From Minisyncoccia bacterium (GTDB lineage: Bacteria; Patescibacteriota; Minisyncoccia; Phycocordibacterales; UBA918), in assembly GCA_041736805.1 (NCBI GenBank), contig JBGSSW010000016.1, forward strand, positions 66,526 through 130,525: a stretch of DNA of 64,000 nt, written 5' to 3'. Under the pieces are notes generated by a model. That model did not search any database, had not been told where the DNA came from, and saw only the letters and a program-made list of their open reading frames with translations. Below are positions 38,453-48,715 of the stretch, in pieces; positions within the stretch are counted from its first letter, which is position 1; each line of letters opens with the position of its first letter. The position numbers and the translations under genes were made by a program.

Positions 38453-39832
38453 ATGCCAAATTCATCTGGTCGACCAAGTCGACCATCATCGAGTTCATCT
38501 CGACGCCCTTTTAATAGTAATAGCCGAAGTGGTGGAGACAGTACACGTCGTCCTTCTCAACACTCTTCTGCCCCGAGAACTGGTGGGCACTCAAGATCTA
38601 GTTCTCCATACTCATCATCTTCACCACGAAGAAGTTTTTCTGGTGGACGTTCATCTGGTGGGCGTAGTTCATTTGGTGGTGGCCGAGGAGGCCATTCTCG
38701 TGGTGGGCGTGGTGCTAGAGTAATGAGTACTTTCGATGTCTCAAAATTCATCAACCTTAACCCAGCTCAACTAACTAAAGAAGCTCCGTATGTAGCCAAA
38801 CATACTTTTAATAACTTTGGCCTAGATAAAGCTCTATCTGACACGATAGCCGGAATGGGTATTGTTACTCCAAGTGCTATTCAGGACCAAGTTATTCCGT
38901 ATATTTTGCAAGGACATGATGTGGTTGGACTAGCACAGACTGGTACAGGTAAAACAGCCGCTTTTCTTGTGCCCGTTATTCAGAAGACATTACATGAACG
39001 AGGAAGACAAACCTTAATTCTGACCCCTACTCGTGAGTTAGCCATTCAAGTTGAACAAGAACTTCGACTATTAACTCCAAGAATGAATATCTACTCAACA
39101 GTCTGTGTTGGTGGTATGAATATCCGCCCACAAATTAGTGGTCTACGTCGCAAAAACCATTTTATCATTGGTACCCCAGGACGTGTCCAAGACTTAATTG
39201 ACCGTGGCCACATCAAGCCTGGAGCTATCACAACGGTTATCTTTGATGAAGCTGACCGAATGCTTGATATGGGATTTATTCATGACATGAAGAAAATTCT
39301 TAAAGATATTCCGGACGAACGTGAAACTCTCTTTTTCTCAGCTACTATGTCTAAAAGTGTTGAGGGTCTGGTGAAAGACTTCCTACGTGACCCAATTACT
39401 GTTTCAGTTCGAAAGACTGATATCACCAATAGCATCACACAAGACGTAGTCCGATATGAGCATCACAACAAATTTGATACTCTCACAAACCTCTTAAAGA
39501 CTGAAGCGTTTACTCGTGTAATTGTTTTCGGAGCTATGAAGCATAGTGTTGAAAAACTTAGTCAGGAACTGATTCACGCTGGTATAAAGGCCGATGCAAT
39601 TCACGGTAATAAGTCACATATTCAAAGACAGCGTGCTTTAAAGAATTTTAAGGACGGACGAGTGCAAGTTCTGGTTGCGACTGATGTAGCTGCTCGCGGT
39701 ATTCACGTTGATGATGTGTCACATGTAATAAACTACGACCTGCCTGGAACTTACGAAGATTACGTTCATCGTATTGGCCGAACTGGTCGTAGTGATAAAC
39801 AGGGTAAAGCTCTAACTTTTGTTCCAGCTTAA
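38453..39832 (+). CDS. DEAD-box ATP-dependent RNA helicase with a ~90-aa N-terminal Ser/Arg/Gly-rich low-complexity extension
   Basis: LAQTGTGKTAAF (motif I), PTRELA, FDEADRM (DEAD), SAT and HRIGRTGR (motif VI). Confidence 0.9.
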   Translation: MPNSSGRPSRPSSSSSRRPFNSNSRSGGDSTRRPSQHSSAPRTGGHSRSSSPYSSSSPRRSFSGGRSSGGRSSFGGGRGGHSRGGRGARVMSTFDVSKFINLNPAQLTKEAPYVAKHTFNNFGLDKALSDTIAGMGIVTPSAIQDQVIPYILQGHDVVGLAQTGTGKTAAFLVPVIQKTLHERGRQTLILTPTRELAIQVEQELRLLTPRMNIYSTVCVGGMNIRPQISGLRRKNHFIIGTPGRVQDLIDRGHIKPGAITTVIFDEADRMLDMGFIHDMKKILKDIPDERETLFFSATMSKSVEGLVKDFLRDPITVSVRKTDITNSITQDVVRYEHHNKFDTLTNLLKTEAFTRVIVFGAMKHSVEKLSQELIHAGIKADAIHGNKSHIQRQRALKNFKDGRVQVLVATDVAARGIHVDDVSHVINYDLPGTYEDYVHRIGRTGRSDKQGKALTFVPA

Positions 39833-39945
39833 ATTTAATTTGCTATAATATTTCGTATTATGAAATACGTAGTAATGGCAATTGGTTTATTTATTCTTTT
39901 AATGATTGTAAACGCTTACTTAGGCGGTAACTCCTAAAGACCACC

Positions 39946-40935
39946 GTGGAATACTTACTTTCGCTTCTCTTACTGGCAGGTTCAGCCATGTTTTCTGGAT
40001 TAACTCTGGGTTACTTTTCCCTTAACCTAAATACCCTCGAACGCCGTGCAAAGCATGGCAACAAAGAAGCGAGGGCTGTTTACCCCATCCGCAAACGAGG
40101 CAACCTACTTCTTACCACGTTACTTTTAGGTAATGTAGCAGTAAATACTGCCCTTTCGGTCTATATCGGCTCACTTCTAAGTGGCGTAGTAGCTGGAGCT
40201 ATTGCAACTACAATGATTTTTCTTTTTGGAGAAATTATTCCGCAAGCAGCCTTTTCTAGACACGCACTCTCAGTAGGAAGCAAGTTTGCTCCATTAGTAA
40301 AAGTATTGATGTTTATCATGCTTCCAATTACTTTTCCGATTGCTTACGCTTTAGACAAAATACTTGGTGAAGAAATGCCAAACCTTTATTCAAAACGTGA
40401 CTTAATGCAAATTGTTAGTGACTTGGAAGAATCCGAACACAGCGATATAGATGCTGATGAAGAGAGAATCGTGCATGGGGCTTTACAGTTTTCTCACACC
40501 TTGGTTAGGGAAATTATGACTCCAGCAGAAAAGGTCACTGTCTTTGAAAGAAATCAGCGACTTAACCAAGAATTTATCAATAAAGTGGTAGAGACCGATT
40601 ATTCTCGTTACCCAGTCTATAGTGGTAATTCTGACAATATTGTTGGTATTCTTTATGCTAAAGAATTAATTTCAGAAGAGCAAAATACTGCCCTTTTTGA
40701 AACCGAAGATGCTTTTGATGAAAATTTCCTCAAAGTTAATCCGGATGAAAAATTGGATGTAGTGTTAGGAAGAATACTTAAACAAAAAAAACATATGGGG
40801 GTTGTACTATCTAGAAATAAACAATTTCTAGGAGTAGTAACACTGGAGGATATTATTGAAGAAATTATTCAATTCGAAATCGAAGACGAAGGAGATGATG
40901 ATAATGAAAGAGAAAATTTTGAAGAAAGTAAGTAA
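39946..40935 (+). CDS. CNNM/CorC-family transporter (DUF21 transmembrane domain plus CBS pair)
   Basis: N-terminal 4-TM DUF21 pattern followed by CBS-type repeats and an acidic C-terminus. Confidence 0.75.
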   Translation: MEYLLSLLLLAGSAMFSGLTLGYFSLNLNTLERRAKHGNKEARAVYPIRKRGNLLLTTLLLGNVAVNTALSVYIGSLLSGVVAGAIATTMIFLFGEIIPQAAFSRHALSVGSKFAPLVKVLMFIMLPITFPIAYALDKILGEEMPNLYSKRDLMQIVSDLEESEHSDIDADEERIVHGALQFSHTLVREIMTPAEKVTVFERNQRLNQEFINKVVETDYSRYPVYSGNSDNIVGILYAKELISEEQNTALFETEDAFDENFLKVNPDEKLDVVLGRILKQKKHMGVVLSRNKQFLGVVTLEDIIEEIIQFEIEDEGDDDNERENFEESK

Positions 40936-40940
40936 AAAAT

Positions 40941-41762
40941 TTGTTTTTAATCATGCCACTTGAACCCTACACTCTTATTGAAAAAAAAGTTGGCGAAACC
41001 CCTCTTGAGGCCTTGGAAAAATTACGTGCAAGCAGACCCGAACTAGCTGGTACACCTTTGGCTTATGCGGGAAGGCTTGACCCCATGGCCTCAGGTAGGC
41101 TTTTGGTATTGATTGGCGAAGAGTGTAAAAACCAAACAGACTATCATAATTTAGATAAAGAATACCAAGTTGAAATTTTATTTGGAGTTAAATCAGACTC
41201 AGGTGATGTACTTGGATTAGTGACCGAAGGAATAAGGTCAACTATTACTACAGATAAAATAAAATCAACTTTTGTAAATCTGACCGGACCAATTGAACTT
41301 CCCTACCCAATTTTTTCATCACGTACGGTACAAGGTAAACCCCTTCATACTTGGGCCATGGAAAACAGATTGTCTGAAATAACTATTCCAACTAAAAAAT
41401 CAGAAATTTATGCTTTGAATTTAAGCGACCTGACTACTATTAGTCGAGATGAATTAGTAGTAAAATCCTTAGCTAAAATAGAATCTATACCTCCAGTTAC
41501 AGACCCTAGAAAAGCGCTTGGGAATGACTTTAGGCGACCTTTAGTAAGAAAAGCCTGGCAAGAGTTTTTAGATAATGGAGGAAAAGATGATATTTTTTAT
41601 TTAGCAGAAATCACCTGTATTTGTTCAAGCGGCACTTACATGAGGACCTTAGCAGAAATAATTTCTGAACGACTTGATTCTTTAGGATTAGCCTTTAGTA
41701 TTCACCGAACCAAAATTGGTCAATACAATAAAAGTATTGCTGATTGGGATAAAACTTTCTGA
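40941..41762 (+). CDS. truB: tRNA pseudouridine(55) synthase TruB-family
   Basis: AYAGRLDPMASGRLLVLIGEE (catalytic Asp motif GTLDPxAxGxL) and LDKEYQVEILFGVKSDSGDVLG (the dK.Y...lG..TdT.D box). Confidence 0.7.
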   Translation: MFLIMPLEPYTLIEKKVGETPLEALEKLRASRPELAGTPLAYAGRLDPMASGRLLVLIGEECKNQTDYHNLDKEYQVEILFGVKSDSGDVLGLVTEGIRSTITTDKIKSTFVNLTGPIELPYPIFSSRTVQGKPLHTWAMENRLSEITIPTKKSEIYALNLSDLTTISRDELVVKSLAKIESIPPVTDPRKALGNDFRRPLVRKAWQEFLDNGGKDDIFYLAEITCICSSGTYMRTLAEIISERLDSLGLAFSIHRTKIGQYNKSIADWDKTF

Positions 41763-43733
41763 TTACTTAGAAAGTTCTTTCACCTTATTTAGATAAGCAT
41801 CAACTGCAAGTACATACTCTGCATGACTCCAAATTAAAGGGGCGGTAGACAAATGAACTCTAGTATTAGGATGCATTTGCTCTGCCAAAACACCCCCAGT
41901 CGTCGCATGTGAACAGGTCCACTCTAAAAGTCCCAGAGGTTCCTTGAGCTCAGTTAACTTGGTTGCTTTTTTGATTAAGTACTGTGCCATCCAAAGTGTA
42001 GTAATTACCCAGGGATTAGGGCTATCAGCATCACTCATGCGGTAATAACCATCGTTTTCATAACGAACATAACCTTTACTATTGGCATGTACCTGCAGCC
42101 TATCTTTAACAGTTTTTGCGGCTTTAGTTATTTTTGGATCATCAATATCAAAAACATCAAAAGTAATCAGTCCGTAGAAGCTACTAGTGTCTAAAGTTCT
42201 ATCATAAGTTAACTCCCCATCTTCATTATGTAAGACATGCTTTACAAACATACCCATAGACTCATCAAATAATATGCTGCCGATAGCAGCCTGCATTCGT
42301 TGAGCAATCGCTTGATATGTTCTCGAATCATCATCTTTACCTAAAATCATGGCAAAACGTGAAGCCGCAATTAATGCCGCATATACAGAAGAGGCAGTAT
42401 AAGTAGAAGTACCATACTTTTCTTCCCATAAATCGTATGAGGCCTGAGGTAAGCCAGTAGTTGGTTCAATGTAGTCACAAAGAAATTTGGCAGCTGGCTC
42501 AATAAAAGGATTGTAAAGAGACTCAATGAATTCTAAATCGTGTTCTCTTTCATAGTGTCGCCACAAGGCAACAACAGTTGCGGCTGTCTCATCTTCTTGA
42601 ATTGGTAAATGCGGCTTTCCCTGTTGCATCCAAGGATGCCAGGAACTCCCCAGCACCCCGTCTGTTCTATACTTGTGCATAAAATAACCTCCAGGTTCAA
42701 TGCATTCAGTTATAAAACTAAAAAACCTTTTGGCCGCATCATGATATCCAGAAATATCCAAAGCGGTAGCGATAACAGCCGCGTCTCTAGGCCAAACATA
42801 GCTGTAAGTATCACGCCCATGATGTAGCATGTCCGTATCACTAGAAGCAATAATTCCGCCATCATTATCTGTATGAACTCTCATGATAATTAATGATCTG
42901 TTATAAAGAGTTCGAAGTGGCGATGGCAAGATAGACAAATCTCTAGTCTCCTTTTCTAACCAAGCTCGCCAGTAAAATTCAGTAGATGAAATTAGGCGTT
43001 CGGGAGTCTCTTCAATCACATATTCATCAAGCGAATGTACTTCCGGAATATTATCACCACAGACCACCCAATAAAAAGCTTCCGCTGAAGCTTCTGGTTC
43101 TAAGTTTGCAGTGAGACCAATAACTGAATCTACTGAACCGTGCTCGATTGGATTTTTTTCTAACTTCCCATCTAATGCGTCCATGTATGTTCCCTCTTTA
43201 CCTTCAATACCAAAAAGACCAATATTATATTCTGTAAACTGAGTGCCATTGATGTAGGCATTAATTAAAAAAGCTGCTTTACCTTTGTAGTGAACAATCG
43301 CTTTTACACGAGGGTCGTAAAAAGCGGTATCTCCTCGCCTTGATTCGTAAATACGAAACTGTTGCGACAAAAATAATTTAATTTCACAGGAGACAGAACT
43401 TTTGTTAGTTATAGTAAAATTTCTTAAAAAAACATTTTGCTCATTATGTACTGCGTCTTTACTTGAAAGTATAATGCCTAGTTTTTCATTTACCGCTTGC
43501 ATTGAACCCACAGAAGTCTCATGGTGAGAACCAATATCAATCTGCCAATCTTCACTATCGAGCCAGGATAAGTTTCCATCCACAAAGACGCCAATTCTAT
43601 GAACAAAGTTACCACTAGCACCACTAACGTGATTAGCTTCACCAACATGCGGATAATACAAGTCACGTAGTTGACCACGGTAATCTAAACCGACCAACAT
43701 GCTTCCATTACCAATTGTGACAGCTCTAGCCAT
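41763..43733 (-). CDS. GH15-family glucoamylase/glucodextranase-like glycoside hydrolase with an N-terminal beta-sandwich domain
   Basis: SYDLWEEKYG (the GH15 DLWEE catalytic motif), (alpha/alpha)6 domain length, 656 aa. Confidence 0.8.
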   Translation of the reverse strand: MARAVTIGNGSMLVGLDYRGQLRDLYYPHVGEANHVSGASGNFVHRIGVFVDGNLSWLDSEDWQIDIGSHHETSVGSMQAVNEKLGIILSSKDAVHNEQNVFLRNFTITNKSSVSCEIKLFLSQQFRIYESRRGDTAFYDPRVKAIVHYKGKAAFLINAYINGTQFTEYNIGLFGIEGKEGTYMDALDGKLEKNPIEHGSVDSVIGLTANLEPEASAEAFYWVVCGDNIPEVHSLDEYVIEETPERLISSTEFYWRAWLEKETRDLSILPSPLRTLYNRSLIIMRVHTDNDGGIIASSDTDMLHHGRDTYSYVWPRDAAVIATALDISGYHDAAKRFFSFITECIEPGGYFMHKYRTDGVLGSSWHPWMQQGKPHLPIQEDETAATVVALWRHYEREHDLEFIESLYNPFIEPAAKFLCDYIEPTTGLPQASYDLWEEKYGTSTYTASSVYAALIAASRFAMILGKDDDSRTYQAIAQRMQAAIGSILFDESMGMFVKHVLHNEDGELTYDRTLDTSSFYGLITFDVFDIDDPKITKAAKTVKDRLQVHANSKGYVRYENDGYYRMSDADSPNPWVITTLWMAQYLIKKATKLTELKEPLGLLEWTCSHATTGGVLAEQMHPNTRVHLSTAPLIWSHAEYVLAVDAYLNKVKELSK

Positions 43734-43736
43734 AAA

Positions 43737-44108
43737 TTAAACTTTGTATGTCTGTAGATGTTTAGCTATCACTGTTTTAACCGTATTTTGTGTCTTAGCT
43801 TTCCTTAATTCAGCTGCACACTCTGCATCACACAGCACACTGTCTACCCAATCAGCAAAATCGTGTTTATCTTTTCCTACATGGTGAGCGAAAGTAGACT
43901 TTTCCATTGCAGACACCGCTTCACTTAAGGCAAGCAAGCTGTTTAAAATTTGTCCGTCACTAACCCAAAATGAATGTTCATTGTCTGAATAAGTAAGAAC
44001 TTTTTTTGAGCTCTTCTTTTTAGGGGTGGCTACTTTTTTAACGATTTTTTTTGCTGCGGGTTTTTTGACAGCAACCTTTTTAATTGCTGAAGCTGCTTTT
44101 TTTTGCAT
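43737..44108 (-). CDS. Small protein with a lysine-rich histone H1-like N-terminal repeat region (KKVAVKKPAAKK) and a C-terminal globular segment
   Basis: ORF track. It lies between the GH15 and GH57 genes in the same orientation. Confidence 0.4.
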   Translation of the reverse strand: MQKKAASAIKKVAVKKPAAKKIVKKVATPKKKSSKKVLTYSDNEHSFWVSDGQILNSLLALSEAVSAMEKSTFAHHVGKDKHDFADWVDSVLCDAECAAELRKAKTQNTVKTVIAKHLQTYKV

Positions 44109-44121
44109 AAAATAAATGAAC

Positions 44122-45504
44122 TTATTTCTCTTTTACGAGAACTACTAAAGAACTAAAACGTTTCCATAATCCAAACAACCCTTGCTTAGTTTTTTGCCAA
44201 ATGGTTTGCTCTAAGGAAACTTTTTCCGGTGTTGAAACCATAGATTTTTCTTCCGTCAAAGTCTGTTTCTTTAAAGCTTTCTTTTTGGCCCGCTCTTCTT
44301 CAACTACTAAGGCATGGCTTACCCTTAATTGTAAATCACTTAGGGCATTCATGAAAGCGATATACGCATCATATGGGGATTTGTACGGACTGAAGTAAGC
44401 GTGAACATCACCATCCTCAGACCACTTAGTACACATATAATAAAAGTGATCTGAAGTTTGCAGTTTGCGCCAAATTTCAATTAAATCCTTGTCTTTTGTC
44501 TTCATTATCTTTTCTTCCATTTCATAGATAGCCTTAAGTGCATCTTTCTGGATATCATTTCCAGTCCAAGCAGTTAGGTCTCGATCGGTGTCAGCCCAAG
44601 TCAGTACGTCAGGTACATCAATTTCGCCGACTGAATTATAGCTGGCGACTGTTTCTGAAGGAGTTTTAAAAGTTGTGTCATTTCGACTAGTGAGCATGTG
44701 CGGTAAGGCTTTTAAAAAATTAAAAATACCAGTATCTTCCCACTGATGCTCACCAAAAGTCTCGTAATCCATAAAGAGATTTATAGTTTCGGCTCCTCCA
44801 TGATGCGAGTGAATCCAACTTGTGTATGTCTCAGCACTCAGTGGCCAACTTTCCCAAGCCTGATTTCCAAAACGAAAAGCCACGTCGTCAGACAATTTAT
44901 AGTTTTTTAGTAAAACTTTAATTTTTTTACATCCAGGCGGTTGATAAAGAAAATTAGGACTTCTCCATCCCAGATATTTATCCCAGCCTTCAGCCATTAT
45001 TCCAATGTAGCCATTATCTTCACACCACTTAGCTAAATCGTTACGGTAGGACAATTCAGTATTTCTAAAAACTTTTGGCGTCACACCAAATAGTTGTTTT
45101 ACTCTTTTACGATGCTTTAGGACTTGTCTTTCAAATTCTGGCACAGAATAAAAGAAAGCCAAAGAATGGTGATAAGTGTCGGCTAAAATCTCGACTCGAC
45201 CACTGGCCACTAATTTTTGAAAAGACTCTAGTACATCCGGTGCATAAGCTTCAAATTGATCAAGGACGGTTCCAGAAAAAGAAAGTGCAAAACGAAATTC
45301 TGGATGTGTATCTAATAATTCCTGAAGAATTTTATTAGTTGGTCGATATGATTTATTTGCTACTTTCTCTACTATTCTCCGATTATTTAAATCCGTTTCA
45401 CTGCCATCATTAAAGTATTCATTATCGTTACCAATATCAAAAACACGATATTTTTTAATACGATATGGTTGATGAACGTGAAAATAAGGGCAAACACTAA
45501 GCAT
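44122..45504 (-). CDS. GH57-family alpha-glucan-active enzyme (alpha-amylase/branching-enzyme type)
   Basis: N-terminal CPYFHVHQPYR (GH57 HxHQP motif), 460 aa. Confidence 0.8.
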   Translation of the reverse strand: MLSVCPYFHVHQPYRIKKYRVFDIGNDNEYFNDGSETDLNNRRIVEKVANKSYRPTNKILQELLDTHPEFRFALSFSGTVLDQFEAYAPDVLESFQKLVASGRVEILADTYHHSLAFFYSVPEFERQVLKHRKRVKQLFGVTPKVFRNTELSYRNDLAKWCEDNGYIGIMAEGWDKYLGWRSPNFLYQPPGCKKIKVLLKNYKLSDDVAFRFGNQAWESWPLSAETYTSWIHSHHGGAETINLFMDYETFGEHQWEDTGIFNFLKALPHMLTSRNDTTFKTPSETVASYNSVGEIDVPDVLTWADTDRDLTAWTGNDIQKDALKAIYEMEEKIMKTKDKDLIEIWRKLQTSDHFYYMCTKWSEDGDVHAYFSPYKSPYDAYIAFMNALSDLQLRVSHALVVEEERAKKKALKKQTLTEEKSMVSTPEKVSLEQTIWQKTKQGLFGLWKRFSSLVVLVKEK

Positions 45505-45506
45505 AG

Positions 45507-46874
45507 TTATGTTGTGAGGTATTGTAGCAAATTTTTATATAATCTGACTATTTTTTGTGCGGCTTCGCCCCAAGACATTTTTTGCATTTCGCGTTTACCT
45601 TCAGAAACTATTTGATTCCTCATTACTGGGTAACGAAGCGCTGATAGGATTTTATTAGCCATTTCTTCAACATCCCAAAAATCAACCTTCAAAACATTAC
45701 TCAATACTTCACTAATACCAGATTGGTGAGTAATTAAAGATGGTGTGCCATGCAGCAGAGCTTCAAGTGGCACCAACCCAAATGGTTCCGAAACTGAAGG
45801 CATTACCATTAAATCTGCGCTTTGGTACATCCTATCCCTTTCTTCTTCCCATAAGGCTCCAGCAAAAATTACATTCTGCGACAAACCCATCGCCCCAACT
45901 TGTCTCACTATTTGAGTGGTCATATCGCCCCAACCCGAAATGACAAATATAACATTGGGGTCAACGTCAACTACTCTTCTAGCTGCATTAATAAAGTGGT
46001 CCACTCCTTTTTGAATAGTGATTCGTCCATGATAGAGAACGATTTTTTTACCTTGTGCTTTTAGCCCAGCTAAAGTAGGAGTCAATCTAGCAGGTTCACT
46101 TGTATCACATCCATTATGGACAACCTCAACTTTGTTAGGATTAACGCCATGATTATTTACAATAATATTTTTTGTAAATTGACTAACGGTGATTATTTTA
46201 TCAGCCTGAGCAAAAGCTTCGCATTCAATTTTAAAAATAGAAGGGTCAACATTTGTACCAGCGGCTTGATCATAAGAGGTTGCGTGAACATGCAAAACAA
46301 GTGGCTTACCGCTAGCTAGTTTAGCTGCCACACCAGCCAAGTATGATGTCCAATCATGAGCGTGGATAATATCAAAATCTTCTTCTAAGGCTATTAAAGA
46401 AGCTTGGTGAGCAAAGCGGTGGGCTTCTTCGACAATGGTGCGTGACTTAATTATGGGCCTTCCTTCTGTGTCATATGACTCAATATAATGAACGCGACTT
46501 TCAGCGGCATGATAGGGTTGTAAAAATGAATTCACTTCACGTACCTTTACTTTTCTAGCTGAGTCAGCAAAGACAAAGCGAACATCGCCGACAACATCTT
46601 GCCTTCTAGGTAAGACAAAAATAACTTCCACTCCATTACGAATTAGCTCACGAGTCATACCAAAACAGGCAACACCAAGACCGCCATTTCGTGATGGTGG
46701 AAAGTCCCAACCAAAAGTGAGTACTTTCATGAAAAAATGGCTATTTTCTTTATCAAGTTTGATAAATACATAGCTCCAAAACATAATATCACACAAGACT
46801 TTTCTATCGCTGCTATTATTAACTTTTTTTGCTTTTAACCCCTCGAAAAATGAAGACTTAGTCTGATTTATCAT
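45507..46874 (-). CDS. GT-B glycosyltransferase, glycogen/alpha-glucan synthase-like (GT4/GT5)
   Basis: PSRNGGLGVAC (KTGGL-like motif) and EPFGLVPLEALLHGTP (the EX7E motif of retaining GT-B enzymes). Confidence 0.65.
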   Translation of the reverse strand: MINQTKSSFFEGLKAKKVNNSSDRKVLCDIMFWSYVFIKLDKENSHFFMKVLTFGWDFPPSRNGGLGVACFGMTRELIRNGVEVIFVLPRRQDVVGDVRFVFADSARKVKVREVNSFLQPYHAAESRVHYIESYDTEGRPIIKSRTIVEEAHRFAHQASLIALEEDFDIIHAHDWTSYLAGVAAKLASGKPLVLHVHATSYDQAAGTNVDPSIFKIECEAFAQADKIITVSQFTKNIIVNNHGVNPNKVEVVHNGCDTSEPARLTPTLAGLKAQGKKIVLYHGRITIQKGVDHFINAARRVVDVDPNVIFVISGWGDMTTQIVRQVGAMGLSQNVIFAGALWEEERDRMYQSADLMVMPSVSEPFGLVPLEALLHGTPSLITHQSGISEVLSNVLKVDFWDVEEMANKILSALRYPVMRNQIVSEGKREMQKMSWGEAAQKIVRLYKNLLQYLTT

Positions 46875-46989
46875 AAAAGACAGTACTATTTGGACTAAGT
46901 CAAGTTCTGATAATTCTCGAAGTGAATATTAAAGTTTTTAAGGCTACCAATTGACTAAAAGTGACTTATTTGCTAGAATCGAGACCACT

Positions 46990-47169
46990 ATGTCACAAGA
47001 TTTACTAATAAAGCTAGTCTCGGTTGGAGATAAAAACGGTGTTGGTAAGGGCCATACCTACTACACTCGTTTCAATAATAAGGTTAAAAAAGACCCTAGT
47101 AAGAAATACGAAACCAAAAAGTTTAATCCAGTTTCTCAGACACACACAGTCTATAAGCAAAAGAAATAA
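46990..47169 (+). CDS. rpmG: 50S ribosomal protein L33 (an alternative TTG start at 46951 would add a 13-aa extension)
   Basis: IKLVSVGDKNGVGKGHTYYTRFNNKVKKDPSKKYETKKFNPVSQTHTVYKQKK aligns with E. coli L33 [45 protein letters not shown]. Confidence 0.8.
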   Translation: MSQDLLIKLVSVGDKNGVGKGHTYYTRFNNKVKKDPSKKYETKKFNPVSQTHTVYKQKK

Positions 47170-47172
47170 AAA

Positions 47173-47199
47173 GACCTCCTACAAAGGAGGTTTTTTTAT
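47173..47199. terminator. Bidirectional rho-independent terminator between rpmG (+) and fba (-)
   Basis: gacctcct-acaa-aggaggt followed by ttttttt, with an A-run on the other side. Confidence 0.6.
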
Positions 47200-47217
47200 T
47201 TCTTTTGCATTTATTAT

Positions 47218-48237
47218 CTATTTATCGTCTGCGGGATTATACTTGCCTTGTGCAGCTAAACTATTCATTTTACATGAGTGCAAAAGAGCACTTTGGGCAG
47301 CACCGATATTTTCTGGTTTACCCTGCCAAGCCATCAAAACAGGTTCTTCAATCGCTCTTGAGAACGAATAGGTAATTGGCCAAGGTTGTGCTCCTAAGCG
47401 GGCAATAGCGTTTAAATTTTCTGTAGATCGTTTAGGTGTTTGCCCACCAGAAAGGAAAGCTATTCCGCCCACTTCATGAGGGACTGACAAATGGAAAGTT
47501 CGCAGCGTAGCATTAGCTACCTGCTCGGGAGTTGATTGTTCAGAACACATGTCTCCAGCCAAAACCATTGAAGACTTTAATATCAAACCCTCTAAGTCAA
47601 CTTTGTAAGTTTGAAGGGTGTGAAAAAGTATTTGTAAAGTGCGAGTAGTGACCATTTCTGCTTTAGTTAAATCATGATCCCCGGCATAGATAACTTCTGG
47701 CTCTACCATTGGTACAATTCCTGCGGCTTGGGCAATTTGTGCATAACGAGTCAGCATGACACAATTTGCAGTTATAGCTTCGTCGGTTGGCAGATCATCT
47801 TCATCAATATTAATTACAGCGCGCCACTTTGCAAAACGAGCTCCAAGGTCATAATACTCCTTAAATCTTTCCTCTAAATTGTCTAACCCTTGAGAAACTA
47901 CTTCCCCTTTGAAGCCTTGTAGATCAACAGTCCCTAAGTCAACTTTAATACCGGGCACAATCCCTTTGGCTGTGAGTAAATCCGGAAACGGTGTTCCATC
48001 ATCAGTAAAGTTCTTAATGGAAGAATCATACATAATTACACCTGACAAAAATTCCTCAATTCCTGGGGCCCCAAAAAGTATCTCACGGAAATCCTGTCGG
48101 TTTTCTGGTTTGTTTGGTAGATTAACCATCGCCAGTCTTTTTCCTGCTGTAGCATCACTTTCATCAGCTGCTAAGATTCCTTTACCCGGAGCCATCATGG
48201 CTGCCACAGTCTCATACAATTTAGTGTTCTTTTTCAT
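47218..48237 (-). CDS. fba: Fructose-bisphosphate aldolase, class I
   Basis: PGKGILAADESDATAGKRL matches the class I aldolase N-terminal signature. 339 aa. Confidence 0.85.
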   Translation of the reverse strand: MKKNTKLYETVAAMMAPGKGILAADESDATAGKRLAMVNLPNKPENRQDFREILFGAPGIEEFLSGVIMYDSSIKNFTDDGTPFPDLLTAKGIVPGIKVDLGTVDLQGFKGEVVSQGLDNLEERFKEYYDLGARFAKWRAVINIDEDDLPTDEAITANCVMLTRYAQIAQAAGIVPMVEPEVIYAGDHDLTKAEMVTTRTLQILFHTLQTYKVDLEGLILKSSMVLAGDMCSEQSTPEQVANATLRTFHLSVPHEVGGIAFLSGGQTPKRSTENLNAIARLGAQPWPITYSFSRAIEEPVLMAWQGKPENIGAAQSALLHSCKMNSLAAQGKYNPADDK

Positions 48238-48371
48238 ACTAACTATAAGTGTAGCAAAATTATAAAAACAAAAAGTACCTGCCTGTTGGCAACTTATTAA
48301 AAAAACGACCAGGTAAATTGTCTAGGCATAACAACTTACATGGTCATTAGGTTCAGATGCAATAAAAAGTT

Positions 48372-48710
48372 CTAGCTATTCTTTATTCCATGTGTATACG
48401 CAACACAAATTAATAAGATATGAAATCTTTGTTCCCTAGAACATGAACACTCTTGGGGGTTACTGAAATTAAATCCGCATAAGGAACTGATGGCAAAAAG
48501 ATCTTCGTAGTTCAACTGTCCCTTGAACTCTTCAATGACTTGAAAGAAAACCTCATTCTTGAAAATTGATCTATGAACAGTAATCCTTCCCGACTGGGCA
48601 AACTGAGCTAGCAAAAATTCCGACAAACCAAATACAACCTTTGTGTTTGTGTTCATTAGTCTTCCCCTACGGCCGTTGACAAATACGATTCTACCCTTAT
48701 AATGCAACAT
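48372..48710 (-). CDS. Hypothetical protein (112 aa)
   Basis: ORF track only. Confidence 0.3.
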   Translation of the reverse strand: MLHYKGRIVFVNGRRGRLMNTNTKVVFGLSEFLLAQFAQSGRITVHRSIFKNEVFFQVIEEFKGQLNYEDLFAISSLCGFNFSNPQECSCSREQRFHILLICVAYTHGIKNS

Positions 48711-48715
48711 TATTT

